64,000 nucleotides of DNA from Chiloscyllium plagiosum (Eukaryota), in the NCBI RefSeq assembly GCF_004010195.1, contig NC_057735.1, positions 2,055,308 through 2,119,307 on the forward strand, given 5' to 3'. The notes beneath the pieces are model-generated. The model was not told the origin of the DNA. It searched no databases and saw only the letters and a list, made by a program, of their open reading frames with translations. Position numbers and translations under genes: made by a program. This document shows, piece after piece, positions 49,621 through 62,926 of the stretch; within the stretch, counting starts at the first letter, position 1; each line of letters starts with the position of its first letter.

Positions 49621-49657
49621 GAGACTCGGGCGGTGGCGGACCGGGACAGGCCCATCG

Positions 49658-49826
49658 ATGAGGAGTCCGCAGCGACTCCCAGAGCCCCTGAACGGTTGGG
49701 CCGAGCCGGGAAGCTCATGGGCAAGCGGCCTGCTGCCCTGCCTCAGGAAGGCGGCTGTGGCGGCGGCGCATATCAGCGCGATCGGACTGAGCGTGTACCT
49801 GGGGCTGCTGAGCCGGCTAGGGACCA
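49658..49826 (+). CDS. CYB561D1: cytochrome b561 family member D1, exon 1 (MRSPQRLPEP...LRKAAVAAAHISAIGLSVYLGLLSRLGT)
   Basis: First TM helix with AH...SR.GT; A|gtgagt donor, phase 1. Start codon choice inferred (an in-frame ATG also lies at 49580). Confidence 0.85.
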
Positions 49827-49850
49827 GTGAGTACCCGGGAGGGCGAGCCC

Positions 49851-50012
49851 GCACCCCCCTCCCACCCCCGTCTCGCGCGCGCAACCCGTCTCGCGCGCGC
49901 ACCCCCCCTCCCACCCCCGTCTCGCGCGCGTGCCCCCTCCCACCCCCGTCTCGCGCGCACCCCCCTCCCACCCCCGTCTCGCGCGCGCACCCCCCTCCCA
50001 CCCCCGTCTCGC
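49851..50012. repeat. GC-rich ~30-bp minisatellite (CACCCCCCTCCCACCCCCGTCTCGCGCGCG) running into a gap
   Basis: Five or more visible copies at the start of CYB561D1 intron 1. Confidence 0.9.
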
Positions 50013-50515
50013 NNNNNNNNNNNNNNNNNNNNNNNNNNNNNNNNNNNNNNNNNNNNNNNNNNNNNNNNNNNNNNNNNNNNNNNNNNNNNNNNNNNNNNNN
50101 NNNNNNNNNNNNNNNNNNNNNNNNNNNNNNNNNNNNNNNNNNNNNNNNNNNNNNNNNNNNNNNNNNNNNNNNNNNNNNNNNNNNNNNNNNNNNNNNNNNN
50201 NNNNNNNNNNNNNNNNNNNNNNNNNNNNNNNNNNNNNNNNNNNNNNNNNNNNNNNNNNNNNNNNNNNNNNNNNNNNNNNNNNNNNNNNNNNNNNNNNNNN
50301 NNNNNNNNNNNNNNNNNNNNNNNNNNNNNNNNNNNNNNNNNNNNNNNNNNNNNNNNNNNNNNNNNNNNNNNNNNNNNNNNNNNNNNNNNNNNNNNNNNNN
50401 NNNNNNNNNNNNNNNNNNNNNNNNNNNNNNNNNNNNNNNNNNNNNNNNNNNNNNNNNNNNNNNNNNNNNNNNNNNNNNNNNNNNNNNNNNNNNNNNNNNN
50501 NNNNNNNNNNNNNNN

Positions 50516-50885
50516 AGAGGCTGAGAGGTGACCTTAGAGGTTTACAAAATTGAGGGCATAGATAGGATAAATAGACAAAGTCATTTCCCTGGGGTCGGAG
50601 AGTCCAGAACTAGAGGGTATAGGTTTAGGATGAGAGGGGAAAGATATAAAAGAGACTTAAGTGGCAACTTTTTCGTGCAGAGGGTGGTACGTGTATGGAA
50701 TGAGCTGCCAGAGAATGTTGTGGAGGCTGGTACAATTGCATCATTTAAGAGGCATTTGGATGGGTATATAAATAGGAAGGGTTTAAAGGGATATGGGCCG
50801 GGTGCTGGCAGGTGGGACTAGATTGGGTTGGGATATCTGGTCGGCAAGGGTGGGTTGGACCGAGGGGTCTATTTCCATGCCGTAC
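50516..50885 (+). mobile_element. CR1 3' end
   Basis: EVYKI...NFFVQRVVRVWNELPENVVEAG; same subfamily as 22250-22690. Confidence 0.9.
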
Positions 50886-50894
50886 ATCTGAGTC

Positions 50895-51035
50895 TGACAT
50901 CACCAACCCAAGGAATCTCAAGCATATAAGTAGAAAGCTTCACCACTGGTGCTTCATCTGGAGGCTCACTGATGTTACCTAGTATGGTGAAACATCTGAA
51001 AGCAAACCTTCCAGCTCAGTGAGCAAACTATATCC
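50895..51035 (+). mobile_element. Penelope pseudo-LTR remnant with degenerate hammerhead motif
   Basis: Related to 40780-40945; tca-CTGATG-TTACC-tagtat-GGT-GAAA-CA-TC-tga at 50966-50999. Confidence 0.6.
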
Positions 51036-51083
51036 CGTGCCTACTTATATCCACATTCTTGAATGATTAAATCAAAAATAGTT

Positions 51084-51381
51084 ATTAGATTAGATTCCCT
51101 ACAGTGTGGAAACAGGCCCTTTGGCCCAACCAGTCCACACCGACCCTCCAAAGAGTAACCTACACAGACCCATTTCCCTCTAAATGACACACTTAACACT
51201 ATGGACAATTTAGCATGGCCAATTCACCTGACCTGCACATTTTTGGACTGTGGGAGGAAACCAGAGCATCCGGAGGAAACCCACGCAGACACTGGGAGAA
51301 TGTGCAAACTCCACACAGACTGGAATTGAACCTGGGACCCTGGTGCTGTGAGGCTACAGTGCTAACCACTGTGCCACAGTG
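51084..51381 (-). mobile_element. V-SINE (HE1-type)
   Basis: Reverse complement of the 1437-type SINE with (TAGAT)n tail. Confidence 0.88.
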
Positions 51382-52249
51382 TTCTCAAATCCGAAACCCT
51401 CCTGCTTGATATTCTGTTTTGAATTGGTACTTGGAAAAGGCATGAATCGAGAAGAAATGATGTGGTAGAGGGAATGAAGATTTGGCAGGAAGGGACTGAG
51501 CATAAAGCTCCCCCTTCTATTAGCTACCGAGGAGGTCACATACAGATTAAAGTTTTCTTCTAATGTAATAGTTCACAAACTGAAAGCATGTTACTACTTC
51601 TCAGTGTCCTATTTCCAAATCCCACGAGTCATCTTTGTCGCACTCCCAGATAATGGGAAGTGTTGTATGTGCATTTTTCTGTCTGTAAAAACCAGATTTT
51701 GCTACACAAGAGGCTTAAGATAGATAAAGAGAACATATTTGATGTCAGCTGGTTCAGTCCCAACTTCTATCTCCTTTTTTGGTGCTAGTCACTGTGCCCA
51801 GAGCTGTACTGACTATTGATTTAACCTAATTAAGTTGGTAATATCAATGGGCCAATAATTCAGAGCCTTAAGTTAATGGACTAGTTTAAATCAAAGCAGC
51901 TAGAAACTCTAATGACTGTGAAACTCCCATTTATTGTTGTAAAAGCCTGGTTCACTCATTTTCTTTAGGGAAGGTAGTCTCCTGCTCTTAGTTGTAAGTC
52001 AGACTGGGTATCTCCAGATCCACAATGATGTGGTTGGCTCTTGGCGACCCTCTGGAAATAGGCTGAGTGTGGTACTCAATTTAAGCACAGTTAGGAATGG
52101 GCAACAAGAGCTGAAACAGTAGAGAATCACTGTTAGAACAGCATCCAAACAGTGTCTTTTATAACACATCAATAATTATTTTATTATTCTGGCTTGTCTC
52201 AATGCTGCACTTGTGAATGTTCACCCTCTGAATATCTGCTCTTTTCCAG

Positions 52250-52287
52250 GTCGTTTCTCTTGGCACCCAGCTTGCATGACTACAGCT
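52250..52287 (+). CDS. CYB561D1: CYB561D1 exon 2 (SRFSWHPACMTTA)
   Basis: ttttccag acceptor, GCT|gtaagt donor, 38 nt, phase 1-0; FSWHP carries the first heme His. Confidence 0.92.
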
Positions 52288-53319
52288 GTAAGTGTTATGC
52301 TTTGTAGCCCGCAGATAATTTGAAACAGAAGTATTCCAGTGCTCTGAAATAAAGAAAAGAGAATGTTTAATGTACTGATTAATTCAGTGAATTTCTTTTG
52401 TGTGCAGTTATTGCAACATGCAGATTTTACCTTTTCTGTAGGATTGTCATTGAGGTCTACAGCATAGGTGTCCCAGAATCCTTGAACCATTTGTGAAATT
52501 TCAATCCTGTTCCCATCCTGAGTTAATAACTAGAAGGATCTTGGGATTTAGTTTTAATTTTGCTTTATCCACCAGTGAGGTATTGACAGGACCCCCTTTC
52601 CAAACCAAACTGGGTACTGAATTCTCAGGCAGGCCTTTTAAATGAGTACAAACAGACCATTGTTACATGTGTTTGAAGACCAGGGGTGCAGACCTTGGGG
52701 CCTGCTGGTTTTGAACCTGTACAGATGTGGAGTGACTCTTAACAAGAATATTGTGTCCTGTACATTGGATAAGCAAAATCTCACTTCTCTGAGGGAGCCC
52801 AAAAAGCTAGCTATCTGGTGAAAGAATAATGATTTTTCACAATGATTTTTAAAGGTTTCTCTGTCTGCATACACTTTGTGCCAGCTGTTCTTGTAGCAGT
52901 TTCAACGTTTACATTCATAAATCACAGCTTCCTACTTAAACTGCTTGTATTCTGATCTCTTAAGATATTGAAGTTGCAACCGTGAGTAGCAGGGTTTAAC
53001 TCTTTGTGTGTGTAAATTTATGATTACATCATAAGGCAAGAATGTTTGGCATTAAAATAGGGCTAATTACATCTGTGTATTTTGCACTCTAATCACACCT
53101 GATAGTTATGAATAGTCTTGACTCCCGAAGCCCCTCTTGTTCTGCTCTTTAAAGCTGTCTTGCTTGACCAAAGTTTTGATCACCTGGTCTTAATTTGTGC
53201 CTCCATGGTAAATAGATTTAGTAAAGTTCCTGTGAGGGGCTTTGGGACTTTCACCACATCAAAGATGTCAAATAAATTGTTAAACTGAAAGAACTACGGA
53301 TGCTGTAAATCAGAAACAA

Positions 53320-53349
53320 AACGTTTCAGGTTGAGTAACCCTTCCTCAG
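53320..53349 (-). ncRNA. hammerhead core motif in a truncated Penelope-derived remnant
   Basis: CTGAGGA-A-GGGT-tactca-ACCT-GAAA-CG-TT; core intact but no pairing stem I. Confidence 0.5.
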
Positions 53350-53539
53350 AACCAAAAGAGATGGTCTATTTTAAAATAAAAAAAACGTTAGGAACAGTGT
53401 GATGACACTGACAATTGTGACAGCAACAGTCTGTCTAACAAACCTTGCTTAATTCAAATCATGGGAGAAAGCTGGGAATTAATGAATTCATCCTCTGCTG
53501 ATTGGAAAGAAATGGGTGGATTTCTGGCTCAATTTATCT

Positions 53540-54080
53540 GTCCTTTTACTGGAAGGGGATTGAAATGCAAGGACAAGATGGACTTGTTACATTTGCGTGG
53601 GGTTTTTGGTGAAACGCAACTAATGTGCAATTTTGGACTCCATGTCAAGGAAGAATATGTTTTACATTGAAGGCAGTGCAGCAAAGGCTTACTGCATTGA
53701 TGTGTCTGGATGACTGGCTGAGTAAATTGGTTCTCTACTCTGGTGTTTAAAAGAATGAGGTGATGTAACTGAAACATATTAGATGTTGACTGGACTCAAA
53801 AAGGTTAACACTTAGATTTTAACTCCTCTCTGGGGAATTTAGAACATGGGGTCATTATCTTAGGATAAGTGGGCCAGCCATTTAGAATTGAGATGAGAAA
53901 TGTCTTCACTCAAATTAACCTTTTGAATTATCCCCAAACATTCTGGATAATCAGTTCTCATTTAAGGCTGAAATGGATGGGTTTTGGTTCCTTTGAGGAG
54001 GAAGGGTTATGAGGAGCAGGCAGGGCATCAGCTGTGATTGTATCAAATGGGATGGAACAGGCTAAAGGAGCTGTACACTT
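53540..54080 (+). mobile_element. degraded CR1 3' fragment
   Basis: Remnants of RGLKCKD, VQFW, RMR.DVTETY and FRIEMR motifs. Confidence 0.7.
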
Positions 54081-55377
54081 TTATTCCTTATGTTATTATT
54101 TCTGCTCGGGCTAATTTGGTGTCAGAAGTGCTTGAAAACATTTTCCTTGATGCACGCATGAACTGCTTTAATAAGATGTAAGTGCAGTATTCCAACACTA
54201 ATGTCAACAGCCCTTGCTCAGTTGCTTTCCTAGATTCAGTAGAGCTGCTATTTCCCAAAAAAAAAGCCATCTCTCACATTGGCCTTATTGGTTTTCCACA
54301 GGTACCCTTTACAAGTTACAGCTACACGTGTGAAAGATGTGCACTAAAAGTATGGACTGGTGTGACTTAGACACGGTCTACACTGGACTCTTGCTTTTGT
54401 TTCTTGGGACAGTGACTCTGTATGCCACGTTTCCCAGCTCCCACTGAATGCTTCACTCCACAAATAATACATGGATTTCATTAGAGCAAGGTGTCTGGAG
54501 TACAAGCAAGCATCTCTCTGCTTTCCCCTAACTGTATTGCGTAGACTTAAACATAGACTAATTTGATAAACCTGTAAGCCGTGGATTGTGAAAGATGGGA
54601 CTTTTACATAATGCAGAGTTGTGTTGATGTTGTCAGTTGCATTTTCCTGAGTCAGGTTGATGGGATGTGTAGGCATAGAACATTCTTCCATGGCTCGGTT
54701 CTCTGCTTTCAAAGGGAAGCAGTTGCCATTTATCTAGGGAGGTGTGAAATTATGGATGTCATTTGGAGGTGGCCACGGCTGTAATAGCCATGGAAAATTG
54801 TGGATTGTGAATCTTGTGACCTGACTTAGTGACACCAGTCCTAGCAGTGCTCCATTGAATTGACACAGTGAACATAAATGCAGAACACAGGCCACTCTGT
54901 CACTTTGCAGCAACTATGACAGTTGTGGCATTGTTGGAAATCAGGTTGCCTCATGGCTTCTACCAGAGCAGAGAAGGAAATGTTAATTATTATGGTTTGG
55001 CAATGTATTTCATAAAATTTGGATAATGAAAAGCTCAGTTTGTGTTGAAATGTTCAGTTCATGAAAGGCTGCAATAGCAAGCAGTGTGCAAGTTTGCTTT
55101 GGTGAAAACTAAGATGTTTAAATCCTTTTCCTCACTCTGTTGCTGGTATGTGGAAAATATCTACACAAAGAAATAACCAAGGATCTATGTGATCCTTGTT
55201 GGGTTATGGCAACTTCCATGTAGACTGAAGGAGCACTAGGTCCAATTGTTGCTCGAAGCCAATCTGGTCCAGTTGAGGAACTATCGGTGATTCCTATGAG
55301 ATGTGCAACTTGTTGGTATCGGTTAAGGGCAGAATCAGTCCCACCAGTCATGGCCTGGCGATGAGTTCGTAGAATTC

Positions 55378-55722
55378 TCTACAGTGTGGAAGCAGGCCAA
55401 TTCGGCCCGTCGAGTGCACACTGATCCTCTGAAGAGCATCCCATCCCCCTACCAGCCCAGCCCCCTACCGCAGCCCTGAATTTCCCTTGGCTAATCCATC
55501 TAGGCTGCACATCCCCAGACTTCATGCAGCAATTTAGTGTGGCCAATCCACCCCAACCTGCAAATCTTTGGACTGTGGAGGAAACCAGAGCACTCGGAGG
55601 AAACCCACATGGACATGGGAGAATGTGCAAACTTCACACAGGCAGTTGCCTGAGGCTGGAATCAATCCTGGGTTTCTGGTGCTGTGAGGCAACAGTGTTA
55701 ATCACCTAGCTACTATGTTGCC
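55378..55722 (-). mobile_element. V-SINE (older HE1-type)
   Basis: V-domain reverse complement GAGGAAACCAGAGCACTCGGAGGAAACCCAC...GAATGTGCAAACT. Confidence 0.85.
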
Positions 55723-56197
55723 TACTGACAGCATTATGTAGGGTAGCACATTATGAATGGTCAATTATCCAAAATACCAGAGGTTGCAGGTGCTGTTTAG
55801 CATAACTGCATCATGTGGATGTTTGCTTTTTAATTTTTAATTCCTGTGTTAACAACAGATGCTTGAACTTAGTGCACTGTTAACATTGTAAAGCCCATCC
55901 CAAAACACTTTGCAAAAGTGTCATCAAACAGGATTTGACACAGTGATTTTAGGTTAGATAGTCAGATGTTAGGCCAGAGTTAGGGTTTTAAGAAAAAGAC
56001 ATTTTGGGAATGACTCTTGGAGTTTAGGGGTCTTGGCCATTGAAGTCATGGCAGTCAATAGTGGAGTGCTGAGGATCAGGGATGCTGAAAGGATTAGAAC
56101 TACAGCAATGAATTGTCAGTCTAACCCCATAGCAACCTGACATCAAGGTTGGATTGAAGCTGATTTCATTGACTTTGTGCCTGTTTTGTTTTTCCAG

Positions 56198-56701
56198 GTT
56201 TGTTTTTGTATGACTGAGGCCATTCTGACCTTTTCACTGGACAGTTCACCCTTCTTCTTTTGTTCGATTAAAGCCAAGGTACGAATTCACTGGATGATGC
56301 AAGTCTTTGCCGCCATTTTTGGCTCAGTCGGTCTTATCTTCATTGTCTCCAGCAAGAACATCTCCGAGTCTCTGCACCTGACCTCATGGCACAGCTTCCT
56401 CGGCCTAGGGACTCTGATCGCAGTCTGTGGCCAGCTACTGTGTGGACTCTTCCTTTTGTTTCCACAATTAATTAACACTTACTCTGTGGCCCGGCTACGG
56501 CTTTATCATGCTACATGTGGTTTGGTGACTTATCTGATGGCCACAGCTACAGTGGTACTGGGTCTGTGCTCAGATTGGTTCAAATCCCAGGTTAACGGAG
56601 TTTTGTGGTACATTTGTTTGATTGTACCAGTAATTCCAGCTCTCGTCATCATGAACCAAATCAACAATGGCTACCTCTCCAAGAAGAAAATAGAGATTTG
56701 A
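56198..56701 (+). CDS. CYB561D1: CYB561D1 exon 3 (VCFCMTEAILTFS...KKKIEI*); full protein 236 aa
   Basis: tttccag acceptor, phase 0; EAIL.FS....FFFCS.KA..RIHW, HLTSWHS and LYHATCG supply three more heme His; multiple TM helices. Confidence 0.95.
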   Translation, partial: VCFCMTEAILTFSLDSSPFFFCSIKAKVRIHWMMQVFAAIFGSVGLIFIVSSKNISESLHLTSWHSFLGLGTLIAVCGQLLCGLFLLFPQLINTYSVARLRLYHATCGLVTYLMATATVVLGLCSDWFKSQVNGVLWYICLIVPVIPALVIMNQINNGYLSKKKIEI

Positions 56702-59700
56702 TGTGTCACTGTTAACAGTTATTGCCGCAGGCAGTGTGAACACCACCTCTCAGTTATACCAAATAAGAATGAACCTGAAACCTAATGTGAAGCTGGCAGA
56801 GTAATTCAGCAATTGATTGGCCTGAGCAAATAACTTTCTCACTTGAACAAGCTTTTAAAAATCTTTAGTACTGTATTTTCACCATTGATTCCACATTTGG
56901 CTTGGTGGCAACTGGGAATAACTGTTGCTTTTGGCAAATTGCTGCCTTCCTGCTCACTGTAGGCTCTGATAATTGCAATTCTAATTGCTAATGGGGGCAA
57001 TTGATTTTTAAGTTAAGGATCAGATGGATATAAACAAGCATCTTTGTGAATTGCTATTTGGACATTGCTGCTGTGAATTGGGAGGGTGATTATATGCTTG
57101 ATGTTCTAAGCACCTTGAACACACTATATTACATGAGAGTTGCAAAACCTTTGCGGCAGAGGGAGGAGGAATCTAGTCAACTGGATCACTCAGTTTGCTA
57201 CACTGTACTGCCTGTCAAAATATAGCAAATATTTAAAATCACAAAGTGCAGCAACATATGCCGATTTATTTTTGTATTTGTATAACTGTTAACAGTGAAT
57301 GATAATATTACTCTTAGGATAAATAAGCAGTGCTGCATCTCAAATAATTCTTTAAGTTGTTGCAATCTGAGGTTTCCGATCCTTTGCACCATGTCTAGAG
57401 CTTCGTTACAGATATAATCAATCCTGTGAAATAATCAAGTTGTTAAATTATACTCGTGAACTTTGTTCGGGCCTCTCTGCTCCTTTAGGGAATGAATAAG
57501 GTTTGTGATTAGCTTGTGTGTGAGAGAGTCGAATAACGTTATACTCATTTGTTGTGCTGCATGTGACTTTATCCTCCAGTAGCTTGGTTTTGTTACAAAT
57601 TTCAGGATTTAAAAAAAAATCTATTTCTTCAAGCAGCCTAATAGAACTTAAACTTAGGCACTGGAATTAATTGGATAGTCAGAAGGAGTCACCCACCATG
57701 ATCTAAAGTATGTTCCAGCTACAGTCAAGACAGGGAGAGAGTGGGAGTTACAATTAGATCTAATTAAGGGGTTCAGAGGGTTTATATGTAGAATAATGGA
57801 TACCTAGGAACAAGTTACAGATTGTAATACATCAGTAATTGGAGTTATATGTAGAGCAACAAAAATCTGGAAATTAGTTACAGCTTGGATTGTTGAAGCT
57901 GAATGTGCAGTTCATGCCACATTCGATTAATTAAGTCAATAGCTGGGCAATAATAATGTTTGTTGGAACTTATCAAGTCTTTAATTATAGAGCTTAACTC
58001 AATGTATTGCTGAAATTGCACAGACTGATGGTTTAGAGAGCGAGTGCGTCACTGCTGGAATTGAGAGATCCTTGTTGTTCTGGGAATTCCAGGTACAGGC
58101 AGTGAAAAGGATGACAATCTCAATTCAGTTTCTGATGTGCCACAACTCAGGCTTGATCCTAATTTCATCCCTGTGTGCTTAGCTGATCTAGAAAATGGGA
58201 ATGGTGCAATTGTATGAGAAGGTATACTTTTTGTTTTTGGAGCTTTATTGAAAAATGAAAGACCTCAGTTGTACTGAGTTTATTTGTCCTTGAATTGGGC
58301 AGTGAGTATGCTTGCCACTGCCTTGTTTTCAGCAATAACTCCTGTACTATATTAATGACCAAACTTTTCCAGAAATTTAAACTATGCAGTCAATATCCTG
58401 GACTATCAGGCATTTTGAAATTGCTTCTTTTTTACTTAATATTTTATATCTAATTAGCTGCAAGTGCTAAGTTGGTCCGAAAGGTTGCAGTATATTTTTT
58501 TAAACAAAAAGTCTGGTTTCTGATCTAGCTTTAGTTGTACCAGAGTTGAATCTTGGCTATATTGTATGTGGCTCAGTAACTTAACTTTATGCATGATTGG
58601 AGAGGAATTAATATCAGGCCGGCATCGTGCCCATTTTACTTTTCTGTATTGTAAGGATCCTTTATTCTCGGAGGCAGCTTTGTTCTCTTGCAATGTCTAT
58701 TTGCTGGCACCAGAGGTTGTAGTTCCCCAGGCTTTTAAACGAGGCTTGAATGTTACTTACATTCAAGTAACATTGTATGAACCTCTCACTTTGCCCCTAC
58801 TTTGCAATGATTTTTGAATGAATGCAATCAAATAATGATCCTTTATCTGATCTGTACACTTTCCAAATAATGGGGTGACTAGAAAAATCACAACAGCTTA
58901 AAGATAATGTGCAGAAAACGGGCATGGTTTCAAGCAGATTGAATGCTTGTTGAATATGGGGCAGATGTTATACTGTCGGAAACAAAACCTTTGTTAGAAT
59001 GTTTGATTGCTGTCTCTGCCGTTGCCCTTCTCTAACACCTAAAAGCCACATGACTTACCCAGTCTGGTGTTTGCAATGGGACCTTATAATACAATTGAAG
59101 CGGTTTGCTGGCGATGTCAAACAGGTGGATTGTTCTGTTAGTGGCTCACCCTGAGCTATATCCTCCAACAGTACTTAATAAATAGCACCAGCTATAGCTT
59201 CTCCATCACTAACAAAGGTTTTCAACTTTTTCTTTCAAGTTTGATCCTCAGTGAATACTGTACATACATGTATAATGGACTCATGGTGCATATGATCTTA
59301 AATTAAAGTCAGCCGGTCCACTTAGAAGCTTCTATGTTAAAGGAAGTTGCAGGCTGGCTAAGCACATAAACCCCAATTTTTATAATGTGCAGTTTACACG
59401 CTAGGTTCTTTAATCAGGCTATTGAATGGCATTTCAGATTGATTGCTGTGTGAAGTCTGACAGTGAAGCACTTCAATGCGGCACTAGCTTATCAGGCAGG
59501 ATTATGCACTGCACGCTTTGTTCAGTTTGTAAGGTGGCGTGAATCCCAAATGAGATGGGTCATTCAGCTTACTTGAATTCTTCCACTGTGCCTCCTACTG
59601 TCTTCATAATCCCCCCTCCCCAAATATACCGCTGGTATGATTACCTAGTTGCACTGTAAGTGTTTCCACGGTTTCACCTGCAGCCCTCTACAAGCTGACA

Positions 59701-61687
59701 TGAGCAGTATGATTTGAATATTAATGTAAAGTTCAAACTCTTTCCTCCTGCTGGGTTTCCTACTACCTAAGAATCCAATGAGTCATTTGGATTTTATGAT
59801 TTAATCTATTTAAAGCGCTCTCTAACATAAGAATATAATCTTTTCAAAAACTTGCAGCCTGTCATTTTCCCAGCCACCTGTTTGTTCCTCGACCCTGTCT
59901 TCGGTGAATAATTGAATACAAAACAGAGGTAATTAGCTCAATCACTGCACCGTGCTGAGTAAGCTGATTCCTGGTTTTACTTATGCTAGTGTGAAGTAAC
60001 CATAGTCAGGCCAGGATTCTCATCCCTTGTTCCTGTCAAGTAACCCCACAGAGCCTGTGTGCATGCCGAAAGCATATTAGATAAATACCGAAATGAGGTC
60101 AATCGCGATATCACTTGTGGGCAAATAGCCCACATAAGCTGTAACCCTCAATTTGGGAGTTCGATGACAAGTATAGGCTGGATGCTTGCAACTGTTTTGA
60201 CCAAAATGAGTACCTTAGACCTGTCGTAAATGTGTGGTACTGAGTTGTTTAGGAATGAAATCAGGAAGCAAGCACAGGATAGTGGAAATTTGCAATACAT
60301 GTCCTCCCAAAAACCTGTGCATGGTCATGGACAGTGGCAGGTGTTAAGCATGGTGCATTCAGTGGAAGAATTAAGACTAAGGTCAATGGAATTTTTTTAG
60401 GCCACGTCTTATATTTAAGCAATTCCTACTATTTAAATCAAATGACAAGGACCAATTTAAAGAGTCCAATCTATTGAAGATCGGTAACATACCTGCAAGT
60501 TTCAGACTTTTAACCAAACTGATTTTATTTATGAGAAATGAAAACTAACTTTATTTTTGAAAAGTATCAGATTTTAATTAATGTTTGAGGAGAATGCTAT
60601 GTTTTCATGTACTAAAAATAAAATGGCTCTTTGATTTGATTGTGCACGTAAACTGAACAATTACTGTGGTCTGTCCTTTGAAATCTGTTATTTGATGACA
60701 CTGATGGCTTTTTACCATTAATGGGATGTGAGCATTGCTAACAATGTCAGTGTGAGCTGCCTTTTTAGGGACTAACTCAGTTTAGCTCTATCACGGGTGT
60801 ATGAATTTGCATTCTTCCTTTTGAACCATGAAAATGGACTGAAGCACTTTGCACTGATCATATCAGGAGCACAAGGTAGTGTAAGGTTAATCAGCTGTAA
60901 ATTCACAGTGACACTTCTTACTTGTGCAGCAAGAGAAAGAATGGGTCCATTGGCCCCTGGGTTTGTTTCATCGTACAATTGGATGCTTTAAAATGTGCTG
61001 TATAAATGGGGCAGGGAAAAGGCAGTCACGCAGCCACCGCCACTGCATCTGACCCCCCCCCCCCCCCCAAAAAAATACTGAAGTCTGTTTAGTTCTGTCA
61101 GATTCCCCACGACTGTTTTTAAAATTAATCCTTTCAGCTAGTACCCTTCTAACCCTGGTGCCATTGATCGATAACACATTGTGGTGTTTGTTGTCATTAG
61201 GGATTATTGTGTTTTAAAATGTGGTCAGTCTTGCTATTGAATTCAATTTTGTGCATAGCAAGATCCTACACGTGGCATCAGAAATCAATGACCTAAGCTC
61301 TTGACCATGTTGGCTGAGCCAAGACTTCCTGACCCTGTTGAGATAATGCCATAGGGCCGTACTACCTATGACATCTGACTGACTTGTGGAGAGTCACTTT
61401 TGTTTAGTATCAAGCCGAACATGGAACTGTCCCTGACAGAGAGTTGCAGTGTGAGCTGCAATGTGTGTTCTACTCATTATAACCTACAAGTTTTGGATTT
61501 TATTTGTATTGCCTGTTAGTTTCTGATGAGCTTTCAAACTTTGTTACAGGTTTCCACAACTCTAATCTATTGAATAATAAAAGTTAGGCTTATGTTGTAC
61601 AGCTGTATTGAAATAAGATTGCACTAAAGTTATAATTTTTTTAAAAAATGATTATGTACTTTGCACCATCCTTTAAAATGTTCCTTT

Positions 61688-61693
61688 AATAAA
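61688..61693 (+). terminator. candidate CYB561D1 poly(A) signal (alternative at 60617-60622)
   Basis: AATAAA at the end of ~5 kb of repeat-poor AT-rich sequence after the stop codon. Confidence 0.35.
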
Positions 61694-62926
61694 GGATATC
61701 TTGGTTTCTTGAATTGCGCAGAGGTCTTTCCATTTGAATGGTTTTCTTCCAGCTTCATAAAAACAATCACAAATGCCAGGCTGTCAATTCTGCCAATGTT
61801 CAAGGGGTTTGAGGAATAGTCACCTCGTAAACATAATGTTCACCTAAGCTTGCAGCAACAAGGTCACATGTGAGACACATTAAGCATACTTGTGCACAAA
61901 AACCAAGGCTGACTTGTCAGAGCAGTCGTGAGGGAATGGCAATGCTCCAAGTGCTGTCTTTCTGATGAGATACTAAACTGACGTTCTTTCAAAGAAATCA
62001 CAGGGAGATCTCCCAATGTCCCTGTCAAAATACTTCCAGCTGTCCGTTAGTGCCATTTATGTGTACAGTTTGCTTTGCAAAATGTGACTGGACGCTTGGT
62101 GAAATGGTAAGGTTGAGGAGGGAGGGGTGGTGGCATATCAGTCCCCTTGTGATCCCGTTCCCCTTCCATCCTCATGCTGCATAGCACTGTCCAACTACCA
62201 ACTTCATAAGGCAGAGAAAAACATTAGTGACTCTTCCGGGTGACTGATTTTCTGTCCTGGACCCACACTCCAGCATTGCTTCCACCACCATATGAGCCCA
62301 TATTCTTAAATCCATTCAGTGCCCCAGTCCACACTACAGACCTGGGGGAAGTGGGACCCCTTGTCATGTGGCATAAGTGAGTGGAAAAAATCTGGGTAAC
62401 TTATTGGAAAACATTGCTTCAGGAGGTAAGTAAATGAAAACCTGCTGTGACTGAAGTGTCCTCCGAGAAACTGGAAGAAATGCACTCTCCAATTTAATGC
62501 TTTATGCAAATACTTTGGATATTGGAGATATTCATGTTTGGTTGTTTAGGGGACGAGGTGGTGAATATGTAGTTGAGAATTCCACCGATTGTGTTTTTAG
62601 TTCTGTTCTGACAGAGGGGCACCCATGACCTGCCTCTTTGCCCCTCTTTATTACTGGCAGCATCCTTGAAGTCACCAAGAGTTAATGTTTAAAGATGACC
62701 TTTGCTCCAATATAAAGAGATCTTCATACGGTCATTTCCCCATCAACTTACAAAAGTGCACATGGTGCCAACTGGGATATCTAAATTTCTCCACAAAGTG
62801 GGTATGGGATGCAGGAGATGTTAAAACCTTACAGAAAGTGCAAAGCAGACTCATAGAATAATAACAAGAATGAGGGATTTTAGATACAAGGAAAGATTGG
62901 AGAGATCGGGCTTATTCTTCTTGGAG

